A DNA stretch of 63,916 bases, the filler included, from Octopus bimaculoides (lineage: Eukaryota): assembly GCF_001194135.2 (NCBI RefSeq). It is 8 parts of 7 records of this genome, joined end to end, with 100 filler letters (N's around TTAATTAATTAA, not from the genome) between each part and the next. Parts side by side here need not be neighbours in the genome. Positions count along the whole stretch, not along the records: positions 40,499 to 48,355 come from NC_069002.1; positions 48,456 to 61,091 come from NC_068983.1; 6 more parts are not named here. One strand, given 5' to 3'. The translations under genes and the position numbers were made by a program. Below the pieces are notes generated by a model, which was not told the origin of the DNA, made no database searches, and saw nothing but the letters and a program-made list of their open reading frames with translations. Below, one piece after another: positions 40,900 to 52,662 of the stretch; the stretch's first letter is position 1; each line of letters opens with the position of its first letter.

Positions 40900-42549
40900 G
40901 ATGTCATCATCACCATCATCATCATCATCATCATGATCATTCTTATTGTTGTTGCTGCTGCTGCTGTTTATTCATTTACAAAGTTATATGGCTGTGTTTG
41001 ATTTCTTGTGGCAGACTGCACTCTAATTTTGCCTATGGTTTTGCCTGTTTTTTTTTTTTTGTTTTTTTTTTTTTGTGTGTTTTATCCAAATTTCTGATTC
41101 CAAACTTACAGAGAGAGAGAGAGAGAGGGGGGGTGGAGACGCGCGCACACACTTACACAATATCCTATCATGCTCACAAACGCTCACCCTCAAATACACT
41201 GATAAACATACAAATATCCCCACACACCTATACACACACACACACACACACACACANNNNNNNNNNNNNNNNNNNNNNNNNNNNNNNNNNNNNNNNNNNN
41301 NNNNNNNNNNNNNNNNNNNNNNNNNNNNNNNNNNNNNNNNNNNNNNNNNNNNNNNNNNNNNNNNNNNNNNNNNNNNNNNNNNNNNNNNNNNNNNNNNNNN
41401 NNNNNNNNNNNNNNNNNNNNNNNNNNNNNNNNNNNNNNNNNNNNNNNNNNNNNNNNNNNNNNNNNNNNNNNNNNNNNNNNNNNNNNNNNNNNNNNNNNNN
41501 NNNNNNNNNNNNNNNNNNNNNNNNNNNNNNNNNNNNNNNNNNNNNNNNNNNNNNNNNNNNNNNNNNNNNNNNNNNNNNNNNNNNNNNNNNNNNNNNNNNN
41601 NNNNNNNNNNNNNNNNNNNNNNNNNNNNNNNNNNNNNNNNNNNNNNNNNNNNNNNNNNNNNNNNNNNNNNNNNNNNNNNNNNNNNNNNNNNNNNNNNNNN
41701 NNNNNNNNNNNNNNNNNNNNNNNNNNNNNNNNNNNNNNNNNNNNNNNNNNNNNNNNNNNNNNNNNNNNNNNNNNNNNNNNNNNNNNNNNNNNNNNNNNNN
41801 NNNNNNNNNNNNNNNNNNNNNNNNNNNNNNNNNNNNNNNNNNNNNNNNNNNNNNNNNNNNNNNNNNNNNNNNNNNNNNNNNNNNNNNNNNNTGACACTCG
41901 TATGGGGTTGTGGTGGTAGGTATCGAGGAAGTGGTGGCAGTGTTGTGGTTGCTATTGTTCTTGTTATAGTTGTTAATGGGGAGGGGAGAGCCATGGCGGA
42001 GGAATCACTGAGCATTTTGCTGTTCATGAAGCATGTCCAGAAACACGACAACTTCCTGGAGATCGTTACGGACCATCTCTCACCATCTCTGACAATCTTG
42101 GACAATCTTTCGTCGTCTCTGACCATCTTTAACCATTTTCGGTCATTTTTATCCATTACCAACAATCTTTTAACCACCTTCGTTAATCCTGTCCAACCAT
42201 TACTGACAACCTTTCGCCATTTCTAATAAGGAATATTATCCTAATAAGGAATTACAAGACGAGGGAATTCGACAGAATAGCGATAATGGAATAGCGATTA
42301 GACATATAAAAAAAATTATCCAAGGGCTGAAAGAAGGATTAAAGTGTAATTGCCAAAACAAGGCCAATAAAATTAGAGACTTAATCTTGAAGTCTATCCC
42401 GAAGATAAAGAATACCCGTATATGCACCAATTCAGGTGTAGTGACGTTAATGCATGCTAAGGAAAATAATGGATTTATGCAGAAGAATGCGTTCGAAAAG
42501 AAGGAAAAAAAAGGCAAGTTCAATAATACAGAGAACCAATATTGATTAC

Positions 42550-42588
42550 AGCTCATACTGCACTCTCTCCACTCTGTCCAGTCCGGTT
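42550..42588 (-). CDS. Candidate micro-exon with the N-terminal TSP1 motif (PDWTEWRECSMSC)
   Basis: Matches WxxWxxCSxSC immediately after the acceptor tgcatctttgtgcatgcag| in phase 1. Possible donors are gtatga (30-nt exon) or gtaatc (39-nt exon), both phase 1. Confidence 0.35.
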
Positions 42589-42769
42589 CTGCATGCACAA
42601 AGATGCAGCACACATTGACATGTTGTGATGAATCATGAAATGCAGCGTGACTTCTTAGACGCGTTTTACTCTATCCAATATCCTATCTATTTTTTGGCAG
42701 TCCCTACACTCGCACATTGCGCACGTATTAAAACAAAACAGTAGCTTGTAATGAGACTTATATATATAT

Positions 42770-42932
42770 GCGACGGCTTCTTTCAGTTTCCGTTTACCAA
42801 ATCCGCTCACATGGCTTTGGTCGGCTCGAGGCTATAATAGAATACACTTGCCCAAGGTGCCAAGCAGTGGAACCGGACCCGGAACCATGTGGTTGGTAAG
42901 CAAGCTACTTACCACACAGCCACTCCTGTGCC
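42770..42932 (-). mobile_element. SINE family B, 5' half
   Basis: Reverse-complement match; further copies at 29300-29420(+), 46845-46968(+), 59585-59735(+) and 60508-60662(-). Confidence 0.85.
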
Positions 42933-44599
42933 TACATATATATATATATATATATATATANNNNNNNNNNNNNNNNNNNNNNNNNNNNNNNNNNNNNNNN
43001 NNNNNNNNNNNNNNNNNNNNNNNNNNNNNNNNNNNNNNNNNNNNNNNNNNNNNNNNNNNNNNNNNNNNNNNNNNNNNNNNNNNNNNNNNNNNNNNNNNNN
43101 NNNNNNNNNNNNNNNNNNNNNNNNNNNNNNNNNNNNNNNNNNNNNNNNNNNNNNNNNNNNNNNNNNNNNNNNNNNNNNNNNNNNNNNNNNNNNNNNNNNN
43201 NNNNNNNNNNNNNNNNNNNNNNNNNNNNNNNNNNNNNNNNNNNNNNNNNNNNNNNNNNNNNNNNNNNNNNNNNNNNNNNNNNNNNNNNNNNNNNNNNNNN
43301 NNNNNNNNNNNNNNNNNNNNNNNNNNNNNNNNNNNNNNNNNNNNNNNNNNNNNNNNNNNNNNNNNNNNNNNNNNNNNNNNNNNNNNNNNNNNNNNNNNNN
43401 NNNNNNNNNNNNNNNNNNNNNNNNNNNNNNNNNNNNNNNNNNNNNNNNNNNNNNNNNNNNNNNNNNNNNNNNNNNNNNNNNNNNNNNNNNNNNNNNNNNN
43501 NNNNNNNNNNNNNNNNNNNNNNNNNNNNNNNNNNNNNNNNNNNNATATATATATATATATATATATATATATACTCATATATATATATGAGTGTATATGT
43601 ATGTATGTATAGGGTTACATTATATTTATCCTCCCGGGGCATCATTATAGTTTCGACAACCATATAATCTTCTCTGATGTTGCGATGGTGATAAAGAAAA
43701 ATTTTAAGATTTTTGTACTGTATGTAGTACTATGAATAGAAGTTGGTAACGAGGGGTAAAACTTAACACGACCTGGGACGAACAAAGGCAAAGAAACGAG
43801 TTATTTTTATATATAAATCAAAAAAACTGCCATAAAGTGTTAGTGTAAGTCTTCTAGACTGCTCTACTGGGATATATTTATTAACTGGGGGCACTTAAAA
43901 TATCCAGGAGCTATATTAGGTGGTAACTGGACCCACAGGTATTATCCGTTTGTGCGTGTAGATGTCTATATATACAGACATCAATATGTGTACGCTTGTA
44001 TGCACGTATATATACATGTGTGTGCGCACGTCTCTACGTATGTGTGTGTGTGTGTGTATGTGTTCGTGTGTCTATATATGTGTGTGCATGTGCGCGTTTC
44101 TATATGTGTGTGTGTTTGCGTGTGTCTGTCTGTTCGTCTGTTTGTGTGTGCGTTTACGTATATACATACATATAGAAATATGCATACATACACAAATATA
44201 AGTACATACACACGCATATACGTACATACATACTCACACATATACATACGTACATACATACATACACACTCACACATATACATTCGTACATACATACATA
44301 CTCACACATATACATTCGTACATACATACATACATATACATTAATTTATGTCTACTTACCACATAGAATTGATCCTGGATATTTAAATAGCTTAAACTTA
44401 ATATATTTCCCAATGGCGCACGCTGCAGTTTCATTTGCAACCTCATTAAGACTGAATTTTTTTTCCATTTATACGCAAGATGCAAACACTTATTTCTTTA
44501 TGTATGTATGTATGTATGTAAGCATGTATGTATGTATGTGTGCATGCATACGTACGTACGCAAGTATGCATGCCCATAGTACGTACGTACGTATGTATG

Positions 44600-44757
44600 T
44601 ATGGTGGATAAGCCGATTACACCGACCCCAGAGCTTCATCGACCCCGCACGGACAAAAAGAAAAGCCAATCGTGGCGGAATTTGAACTCAGAACGTAAAG
44701 ACGGACGAAATACCGCTACGCATTTTGCCCGGCGTGCTAACGTTTCTGCCAGCTCAC
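44600..44757 (-). mobile_element. SINE family A
   Basis: Reverse-complement match to 6130-6345. Confidence 0.8.
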
Positions 44758-46750
44758 AACGTTGAATTTCTTAACAAAACAAAATATTATAACCTGAGAT
44801 TTTTTGAATCGTAAACTCTGATTTTCACTACGCATGCGCGCGCGTGTGTGTGTGCGCCTGTGATGTAAATGCTATATGTATTGTATCTCTCTCTCTCTCT
44901 CTCTGAGCGCATGAGGTGTATCTACCCTGTTTCTTTTCTCTTCGAGGAATTCTAATCAGTGTTTCCATTCTNNNNNNNNNNNNNNNNNNNNNNNNNNNNN
45001 NNNNNNNNNNNNNNNNNNNNNNNNNNNNNNNNNNNNNNNNNNNNNNNNNNNNNNNNNNNNNNNNNNNNNNNNNNNNNNNNNNNNNNNNNNNNNNNNNNNN
45101 NNNNNNNNNNNNNNNNNNNNNNNNNNNNNNNNNNNNNNNNNNNNNNNNNNNNNNNNNNNNNNNNNNNNNNNNNNNNNNNNNNNNNNNNNNNNNNNNNNNN
45201 NNNNNNNNNNNNNNNNNNNNNNNNNNNNNNNNNNNNNNNNNNNNNNNNNNNNNNNNNNNNNNNNNNNNNNNNNNNNNNNNNNNNNNNNNNNNNNNNNNNN
45301 NNNNNNNNNNNNNNNNNNNNNNNNNNNNNNNNNNNNNNNNNNNNNNNNNNNNNNNNNNNNNNNNNNNNNNNNNNNNNNNNNNNNNNNNNNNNNNNNNNNN
45401 NNNNNNNNNNNNNNNNNNNNNNNNNNNNNNNNNNNNNNNNNNNNNNNNNNNNNNNNNNNNNNNNNNNNNNNNNNNNNNNNNNNNNNNNNCCATTTCAAGC
45501 CTTTTCCTTTTAATGTTGCTCATGTTCTTACTCAGCTGGAATCAGCCCTGATGAAACAGTTCCAAATCCGTGACCATCTCGTCATATTCAGAAATCTCTC
45601 CTTCCCCAAAATTAGTAATTGTAATAGCAGTTAGATCGTTTGTTTCGCCAATCACGTCGCAATCCAGATTCGATCTCCCTTCACTTCGTTTCGCGGCACT
45701 ACTTTGGAGGAAGTGCCCCACCATCAACAACACCTTCCGCTTTGATATCGATGTACTTTTATATTCGGTTTGAAGTATAATTGGACAAATAAAAAAAAAA
45801 TCGATCGATCGAACGAACGAACGAACGAACGAAACCTATTGGACTTTTGTGTTTAATAACTAAACAAGATTTTAGAAATCGATAAATCTTATTTATCTTC
45901 ACACGTTCTGTGACAATAACTTTAGAATTATATCGTTCCTTTCCTCGGGTTTAGCTCAGAAACGAGATACCAAACTCAATGTTTGAAAAAAAATAGACAT
46001 TTTCAAAGATCTTTCACCTTGGGTCAATCGGACATTTTTCATCGTTTCTAGATAGAAAAATTGCGTCGAAAATAAAGCAAAGTGTTCCATAAAAATAAAT
46101 TTCCTTCTCAGAGCTCATATCTATAATTCTGATCTATGTGTTATTCAACTACGTTAGTAGGCACAAAACAACATGGAGGCACAAGTGGAAAGCCTGTCAC
46201 CAGGATTATATGGGGAATCGCTTACAATGCTATCACCATGGAAATCTTTGAACTTTTCTCCTTAGTATTGTGACTTGTGTGGAACTTCATTGACAATTTA
46301 TCCGATATTAATGATTTATAACACACACACACACAAGTGCAAACTGTGTGTACGAATATGTTGTTTATACACATATATATATATGTGTGTGTATATATAT
46401 ATATATATATCGTTGGTATTATTGTCGTATGTCCTAATTTGACCAAATGCGGTTTTTTTTTTTTTTTTTCAATATATATTTTTGCTTGCAATAGCCAGTT
46501 CTTTTGGTCAAACTATCGTATCTCCAGCTGCTTCAGATGCTAAGATATCAAAAATTGTCAAAGTGTAGTACAAAGGTTTTGCTATGGAATTGTGAAACTA
46601 TTTTTTCGTTTTCTGAATAAAAGCAACATTTTGGACTTACGACACGTTTGCATAATGGTAATGATATATATATATATATATATATATAGACAGACGGACA
46701 GACATACAGACAGACAGACAGAGAGACACACAAATAGATANNNNNNNNNN

Positions 46751-46791
<41 letters not shown>

Positions 46792-46792
46792 G

Positions 46793-46845
<53 letters not shown>

Positions 46846-47036
46846 GCAGGCGTAGCTATGTGGTAAGAAGTTTGCTCCCCAACTGCATGGTTCCACTTCG
46901 TGGAACCTTGCGCAAGTGGCTTTTGTGAGTGGATTTGGTGGACGGAAACTGAAAGAAGTCCGTCGTATAAATATGTTTATGAGTGTGTGCGTAAATGTCG
47001 AACAATTTCCCAGCACACCATTGGTGAATAACGAAT

Positions 47037-47270
47037 CTTTATTTGCGTATTAAGGCCACCATTGGTTTCATGTTAAGAAAATATCTAAATATCTTTACGT
47101 CTTAACAAGTTTTTTAGCCAATCACATGGAGGAATGGTGTTCGTTTCCGTTTTGGATTAATATGGAGACGGACACCATTTGTCCATGCAATCGGCTTGAA
47201 AGACTGTATTAAGATATTTTCCTATTTTTCTTAACATGAAGCCAATGATAGCCTTAATACACAAATAGAG
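47037..47270. mobile_element. Fold-back MITE-like element
   Basis: gtattaaggccaccattggtttcatgttaagaaaat versus its reverse-complement counterpart ttttcttaacatgaagccaatgatagccttaatac; pairing continues, more degenerately, to a central loop of about 15 nt. Confidence 0.75.
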
Positions 47271-47284
47271 AGAGTGTGTGTGTG

Positions 47285-47315
<31 letters not shown>

Positions 47316-47960
47316 CTATCTGTCTGTCTGTGTATGTCTGTGTCTGTGTGTATTTGTGTGTGTGTATATTGGTATGTATGTATATGTGTATGTACTTATC
47401 CGCATCTATATCTTGAGGGAGAAGCATAACTCGTTGAAGTAACTAACTAAATGATTTTTCGACATTGGGTAGCGTACCTTTACTCTAAGTTCTAATCACA
47501 CTGAAGTCGATATCAACCTTTCAGGTGCGATAAAATATATACCAATAATTCATTGGGGATCATACCCATGTCCGACGTTTGAGGTCTTGTATCGATATCA
47601 GAAATTGATATTGCGATCGGGGACGCAATTACGATTGAGCAGCAAACCATGTGACGAGCGGAGTTTCGTTATGCTTTGTTGTTTTTGTTTTTGCTTTGTT
47701 CTGGTTTTTTATTTGTTTATTTATTTATTTATTTATTTATTTTACATTACTTACTCATTTCGAATTCTGCAAAAGTTAGTTTTGCGTTTCATCCTTCTGG
47801 TAGGGTGGTCGATAATATTGATTACACATACTCCCCTCCTCTTTAAAAAAAAATATCTGGAATTGTCCCTATGGTAGAAATCAATATTATAATTGAATCC
47901 ATCCCTCCTGGAAAATGAGACGAACTTATTTGTGTCTGTGGGGCATGTGTGTGAGAAGGG

Positions 47961-48012
<52 letters not shown>

Positions 48013-48015
48013 TGA

Positions 48016-48103
<88 letters not shown>

Positions 48104-48156
48104 TAGATAGATAGATTGAGAGAGAGTGAGAAAGACAGACAGACAGAGATAGATAG

Positions 48157-48197
<41 letters not shown>

Positions 48198-48305
48198 TAG
48201 ATAGATAGATAGATAGATAGGGAAGAAGTGAGGTATTTGGATAGACAGACAGGTAGACATGGAGACAGATAGACAGGGAGACAAGAAGACAGACAAAGAG
48301 ACACA

Positions 48306-48355
<50 letters not shown>

Positions 48356-48902
48356 NNNNNNNNNNNNNNNNNNNNNNNNNNNNNNNNNNNNNNNNNNNNT
48401 TAATTAATTAANNNNNNNNNNNNNNNNNNNNNNNNNNNNNNNNNNNNNNNNNNNNATATATATATATATATACAGAGAAAGAGACAGGGAGAACATGAGT
48501 ACGAGTTAGCTATCTATTTGTATATCCAACTATGCATATCTATAAGCAAATCGGTAAGTGCATAAGCGTGTATGTATATATGTATGTGCGTGTATGTGTG
48601 TGTATATATGTATATATATATATATCTGTCATTTATAAGTGTATATGTGCATATGCATGGAAGCACACATGCACACATACGCACACACGCACATACACAT
48701 ATATATATACATACATATATATGCATATGTGTATTTATATATATATATATGTGTGTGTGTTCTTTTAATTTTCAACTGAAAGCTGTAGCCATGCTGGCGC
48801 ACCGCCCTTTATATATATATATATATATATGTATATATAAGGATTTCGTAATGAGATAAAGAACCAAGGCTGTGTATAATATAGAACATTTATAAATAGA
48901 AG

Positions 48903-48950
48903 GTCTTACAGCTGTTTCCAGGATATTTATTATATCCCTTCATCGGAGAC
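48903..48950 (-). ncRNA. Minimal type-I hammerhead-ribozyme-like motif with palindromic stem III
   Basis: gtct-CCGATGA-A-GGGATA-taataaa-TATCCT-G-GAAA-CAGCTG-TA-agac. Confidence 0.6.
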
Positions 48951-49335
48951 GGTGTGAGAGGATCGTTAAGCAATAGTTAGTTTACATAAAATAGGAAATA
49001 GAGAGTGGATGTAGGGATATTGTATTTGTAAACCCATTGTTTAGACAGAATGGTATACATATAAGATTCCAATACCTTGTAAGTAAAATCAAATAGTCTT
49101 TAAGATTGGTCATTGCATTTGTAAATCCATTATTAAGATTCCAATACAATATGAGTAAAATCCAACAGTCTTTGAAATTGGTCATTCCAAATACAGAGTT
49201 TATACACAGTGTTATTGAATCAAGGGTTGCTCATAACTTATATATATATTTCATTTTTCATTTTATTTTATCTAGTTTCAGCTCATGATCTGTGGCCATG
49301 CTGGGGCACCGCCATTTATATATATATATATATAT

Positions 49336-49500
49336 AAGTTTAGGAAGGTATAACAATGCAATATAGAACAAAAAATGGACTGTATACCTGTTGTAACTTG
49401 GTAAACTGTAGTCCGATATCGGACTATAGTTTACCAAGTTACAACAGGTATACAGTCCATTTTTTTGTTCTATATTGCACTGTTATACCTTCCTAAACTT
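49336..49500. repeat. 165-bp near-perfect spacerless palindrome
   Basis: Arms of 82 and 83 bp around the centre gtccgat|atcggac; only 2 substitutions and one 1-nt indel between arms. Confidence 0.97.
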
Positions 49501-49684
49501 TTATTCTTTACAAACAATACACAATGCTTCAAGCGAACTACAATACTCTCCTATATATATATACATATATATATATACATATGCACGCACATACACATAT
49601 ATAGTGGGGAAACATATATGACACGAAGACGTGGTTAAAAAAACGAACACTATAAGTAGAAAGAAAGAGAAGGAGAAGGAAAAA

Positions 49685-49722
49685 TCTTTTACATTTCGAG
49701 TATCCACTCTTCTTCTGAAAGA
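49685..49722 (-). ncRNA. Minimal type-I hammerhead-ribozyme-like motif (U4A variant), same family as 31210
   Basis: tcttt-CAGAAGA-A-GAGT-ggat-ACTC-GAAA-tgt-A-aaaga. Confidence 0.5.
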
Positions 49723-49801
49723 ATAAACAATAAAAGAAAAATAGCAGAAATACAAGGAAAAGGGAACAAACGTGCATCTAACTATAACGGTCACAGTGAG
49801 C

Positions 49802-49885
<84 letters not shown>

Positions 49886-50313
49886 CATACATATATATAC
49901 ATATATATATACACATATATATATGTATATACATTGAAAAGTTTAGATGTGATGTACAGGAATTATATATTGGAAAAAATAATAATAAAAATAATAAAGT
50001 GAATGTGCATATATATAGATGTGTGTATGTGTATATGCGTGTGTGTGTGTGCATGTATATATGTATTTACGTATTTATGTATGTGCATATAGATATATAT
50101 AAAGAGAGAGGCAGTACGGTAGTTAGATAAATCTAGGCGTGTGACATATACTTACTCGAAGCACAAAATATAAATTATTCAATAAAAACAACAAAAAAAT
50201 GAAGAAACGTTATATAATGTCTTATCTCGACAGCTGTTTTAAGAGGCCATATTTACGTAAGCATATTCATAGATAATATGCACATGATGTCATGAGTAAC
50301 ATATTAAGTCTAC

Positions 50314-50535
50314 CATCCGAGTAGGTCATGGTGGAATAAGAATTCAGAACGCAAAATCCGAAACAAATACCGGATGGCATCGATTCTCTTGCTGTTCCAC
50401 CAGTTCACCACTCTGGATTGGTACTTCTTTTTTTCATCAACTCCGGACGGGGGAAATGCTAAGTTGACTTCCATGCGATGAGAACTCAGAGCGCAAAGAC
50501 TTGGAAACAATGCTGGTCTAACGATATTGTGATGG
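50314..50535 (-). CDS. Candidate internal exon, product unknown (HHNIVRPALFPSLCALSSHRMEVNLAFPPSGVDEKKKYQSRVVNWWNSKRIDAIRYLFRILRSEFLFHHDLLG)
   Basis: Complex-sequence island among microsatellites with an open frame; acceptor tttacgtgtag|; donors gtagac or gtattt both give a phase 2-2 exon. No family recognised. Confidence 0.33.
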
Positions 50536-50590
50536 CTACACGTAAACACAGTGATAGAAGTTTCTAAACAGTGTGTGCGCACGTTTGTGT

Positions 50591-50626
<36 letters not shown>

Positions 50627-50638
50627 GTGTATGTGTGT

Positions 50639-50681
<43 letters not shown>

Positions 50682-51204
50682 CGTGTGTGTGGACCTGCAA
50701 ACTCATATGGCTGCATGTATGCATATTTGTCTTATATGCATATGTATACATGTGTGTGTGAACCAGCAAATCTTCATTTTGGATATATGTATATTTGAAT
50801 GCGTGTGTGTGGGTGTATGTGTGTGAGTAAATATATGCGTGCGCACGTGTATAAGCGTGTGCATTTGCGTGTGTAATCACAGCAGAGATCGTGAGATAGG
50901 AAGAGAAATGATGTTATACATACATTGAAATATATTTTATATTCATTACTTGTGGAGAATGTATCAGCGTGTGTGTGTGTTTGTGTGTGCGTGTACGCCA
51001 CGCGTATAGATGCAGATTTTAAATGTTATTTTAAATATTGTTGCTTATATCGGAATAAACACTATTTAACCATGTTCATGAAATATAACATTTTGAAAGC
51101 ACACATTTCTGTCTATTGATATAGCGAATGGGTTTGCTTTCACTATTAATTCACGTTTACTTTGAACTGTCAAATTAAAGACGTTAAAAAAAAAACAGCA
51201 AATA

Positions 51205-51510
51205 CCTGCGTTTTTATTGAATGAGTAAAAGCAAGGCAGCAGAAACTGCGTGCTACATTGATCTATGAATCGATCATTTAGCCAAGGACCAACATCCAAA
51301 GTAGAGCTTTACGTTATTTCAAAAACGTCACATTGGAGACGAGAGCATTAAAGTCGAGGAAGGTTGCAAATAATTGGGGATCATTATTTAAAAAGAGTTA
51401 CGACGCTAAGCAACTCGGGACGTTACCGAAGTAAAGTTCGTCGAAATAACATTTAAATCACACTGGAAAGTTTTAAAATCATCCAAGAAATGGGTGCTGT
51501 GTAAACTGAA
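51205..51510 (+). mobile_element. Decayed mariner transposase N-terminal HTH fragment
   Basis: KAAETA and FQKRHIGDESIKVEEG resemble the mariner KxAAETA and WFxKFRSGDxSLEDExG motifs; frameshifted. Confidence 0.55.
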
Positions 51511-51599
51511 TTTGTTTTTGTTTTTTTTTTTGTCTTTTTTTCAATGTTGCTTCAATGTCTGCTCTTCAGTGCAACAAAAACGATCCTTCTTTCATCGCA

Positions 51600-51905
51600 T
51601 AGTGATGTTATATGCTAACTGCAGGAGAAACATACTTATATTTTTCTTTCATTACACAATTCTCAGTTTTGATGACGCCGGCCTTCGTATGTTTCAACAA
51701 TGGCTCCACAGCATTTTTTATATACCACCATAAGCTGTTTTCCTCTGCTTCGATACAGTTCTGGCAACTGATCAAACCTCTCCCACCCTTTCTTCTAGAC
51801 AAGTACAGTTTATCGGTGTCACTTTTAGGGTGGAAAGCTCCGTGTACTGTCAACATTTTTCTTGTCTTTGTATCTATTTTCGTCACTTCTTCTGTCATTT
51901 TATAA
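51600..51905 (-). mobile_element. R4/Dong-clade LINE fragment
   Basis: IDTKTRKMLTVHGAFHPKSDTDKLYLSRRKGGRGL. Confidence 0.82.
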
Positions 51906-51920
51906 TTCTAATAATAATAA

Positions 51921-52470
51921 TAAATGCCCTGATGCAATGCCAGACAGTGGCTCTCATGGCTTCCGATCTTAGCTGATTGGATGTGTTATCATGTATGTAT
52001 TTTGTCTTGGTATAAAAGATGGGCTACAGCAAATATTCTACTCAATATCACATATTTGCTTGTCAGTTGTTTGCCTTTAACCAGTTGAGCATGTTTCTTG
52101 GTTGCTGATGGTATGTGCATCTCTGATCACAAGCATGAGTAGTGGACGAGCATCGTAGCTATGTGCCAAGAGGAATTCTTTGAGGTTTGAATAATCTACC
52201 TCTGGAAACATGGGTGCCTCGTTCAACATCCTTAAAAATCCCTTATTGAGCGGGATGGGCGACTCGACCTGAAGGAAATTCTAACTGGGCCCACCTGCAA
52301 GGTCATGTGTTGTTTATCTTGGTTTATCCGTTGTTTATCTATGGTTGTGATATATGTGAATGGGGTACCGTTATCAGACGGGTAGTCATGATGGGTATAT
52401 TGAGCTTTGTATATTTGTACCTGAGCATCACTTTGATGGCATCCGCTGCTCTCTCACTCAGTAATAATAG
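51921..52470 (+). mobile_element. About 550-bp non-coding interspersed repeat (family D) flanked by TAA repeats
   Basis: Matches 33706-34250 in reverse and 54830-55070 (partial). Confidence 0.85.
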
Positions 52471-52503
52471 CCACTATCTTTTATAACCACTATCAAAGCT
52501 ATG

Positions 52504-52662
52504 CACTAGCGTAGCTAGAGTGTGTGCCGCCCTAGGCGGCCCTTCCATTTTCCGTCCCTGGACCCCTGCCTACAGTAGATCCAAAAGTGCTACCCCTCTA
52601 AAAGTGCAGCCCGGGGCAGACCACCCACCCATCCGCAGTCCCCTATCCTAGCTACGCTAGTG
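52504..52662. mobile_element. hAT-type MITE (159 bp)
   Basis: Perfect 15-bp TIR cactagcgtagctag and perfect 8-bp TSD aagctatg (52496-52503, 52663-52670). Confidence 0.92.

Noticed and set aside
42236-42545. GPCR TM7-like FSNAFFCINPLF in a hydrophobic minus-strand ORF
   Set aside because: No NPxxY tyrosine and the position is wrong; hydrophobicity is expected antisense to A-rich sequence.
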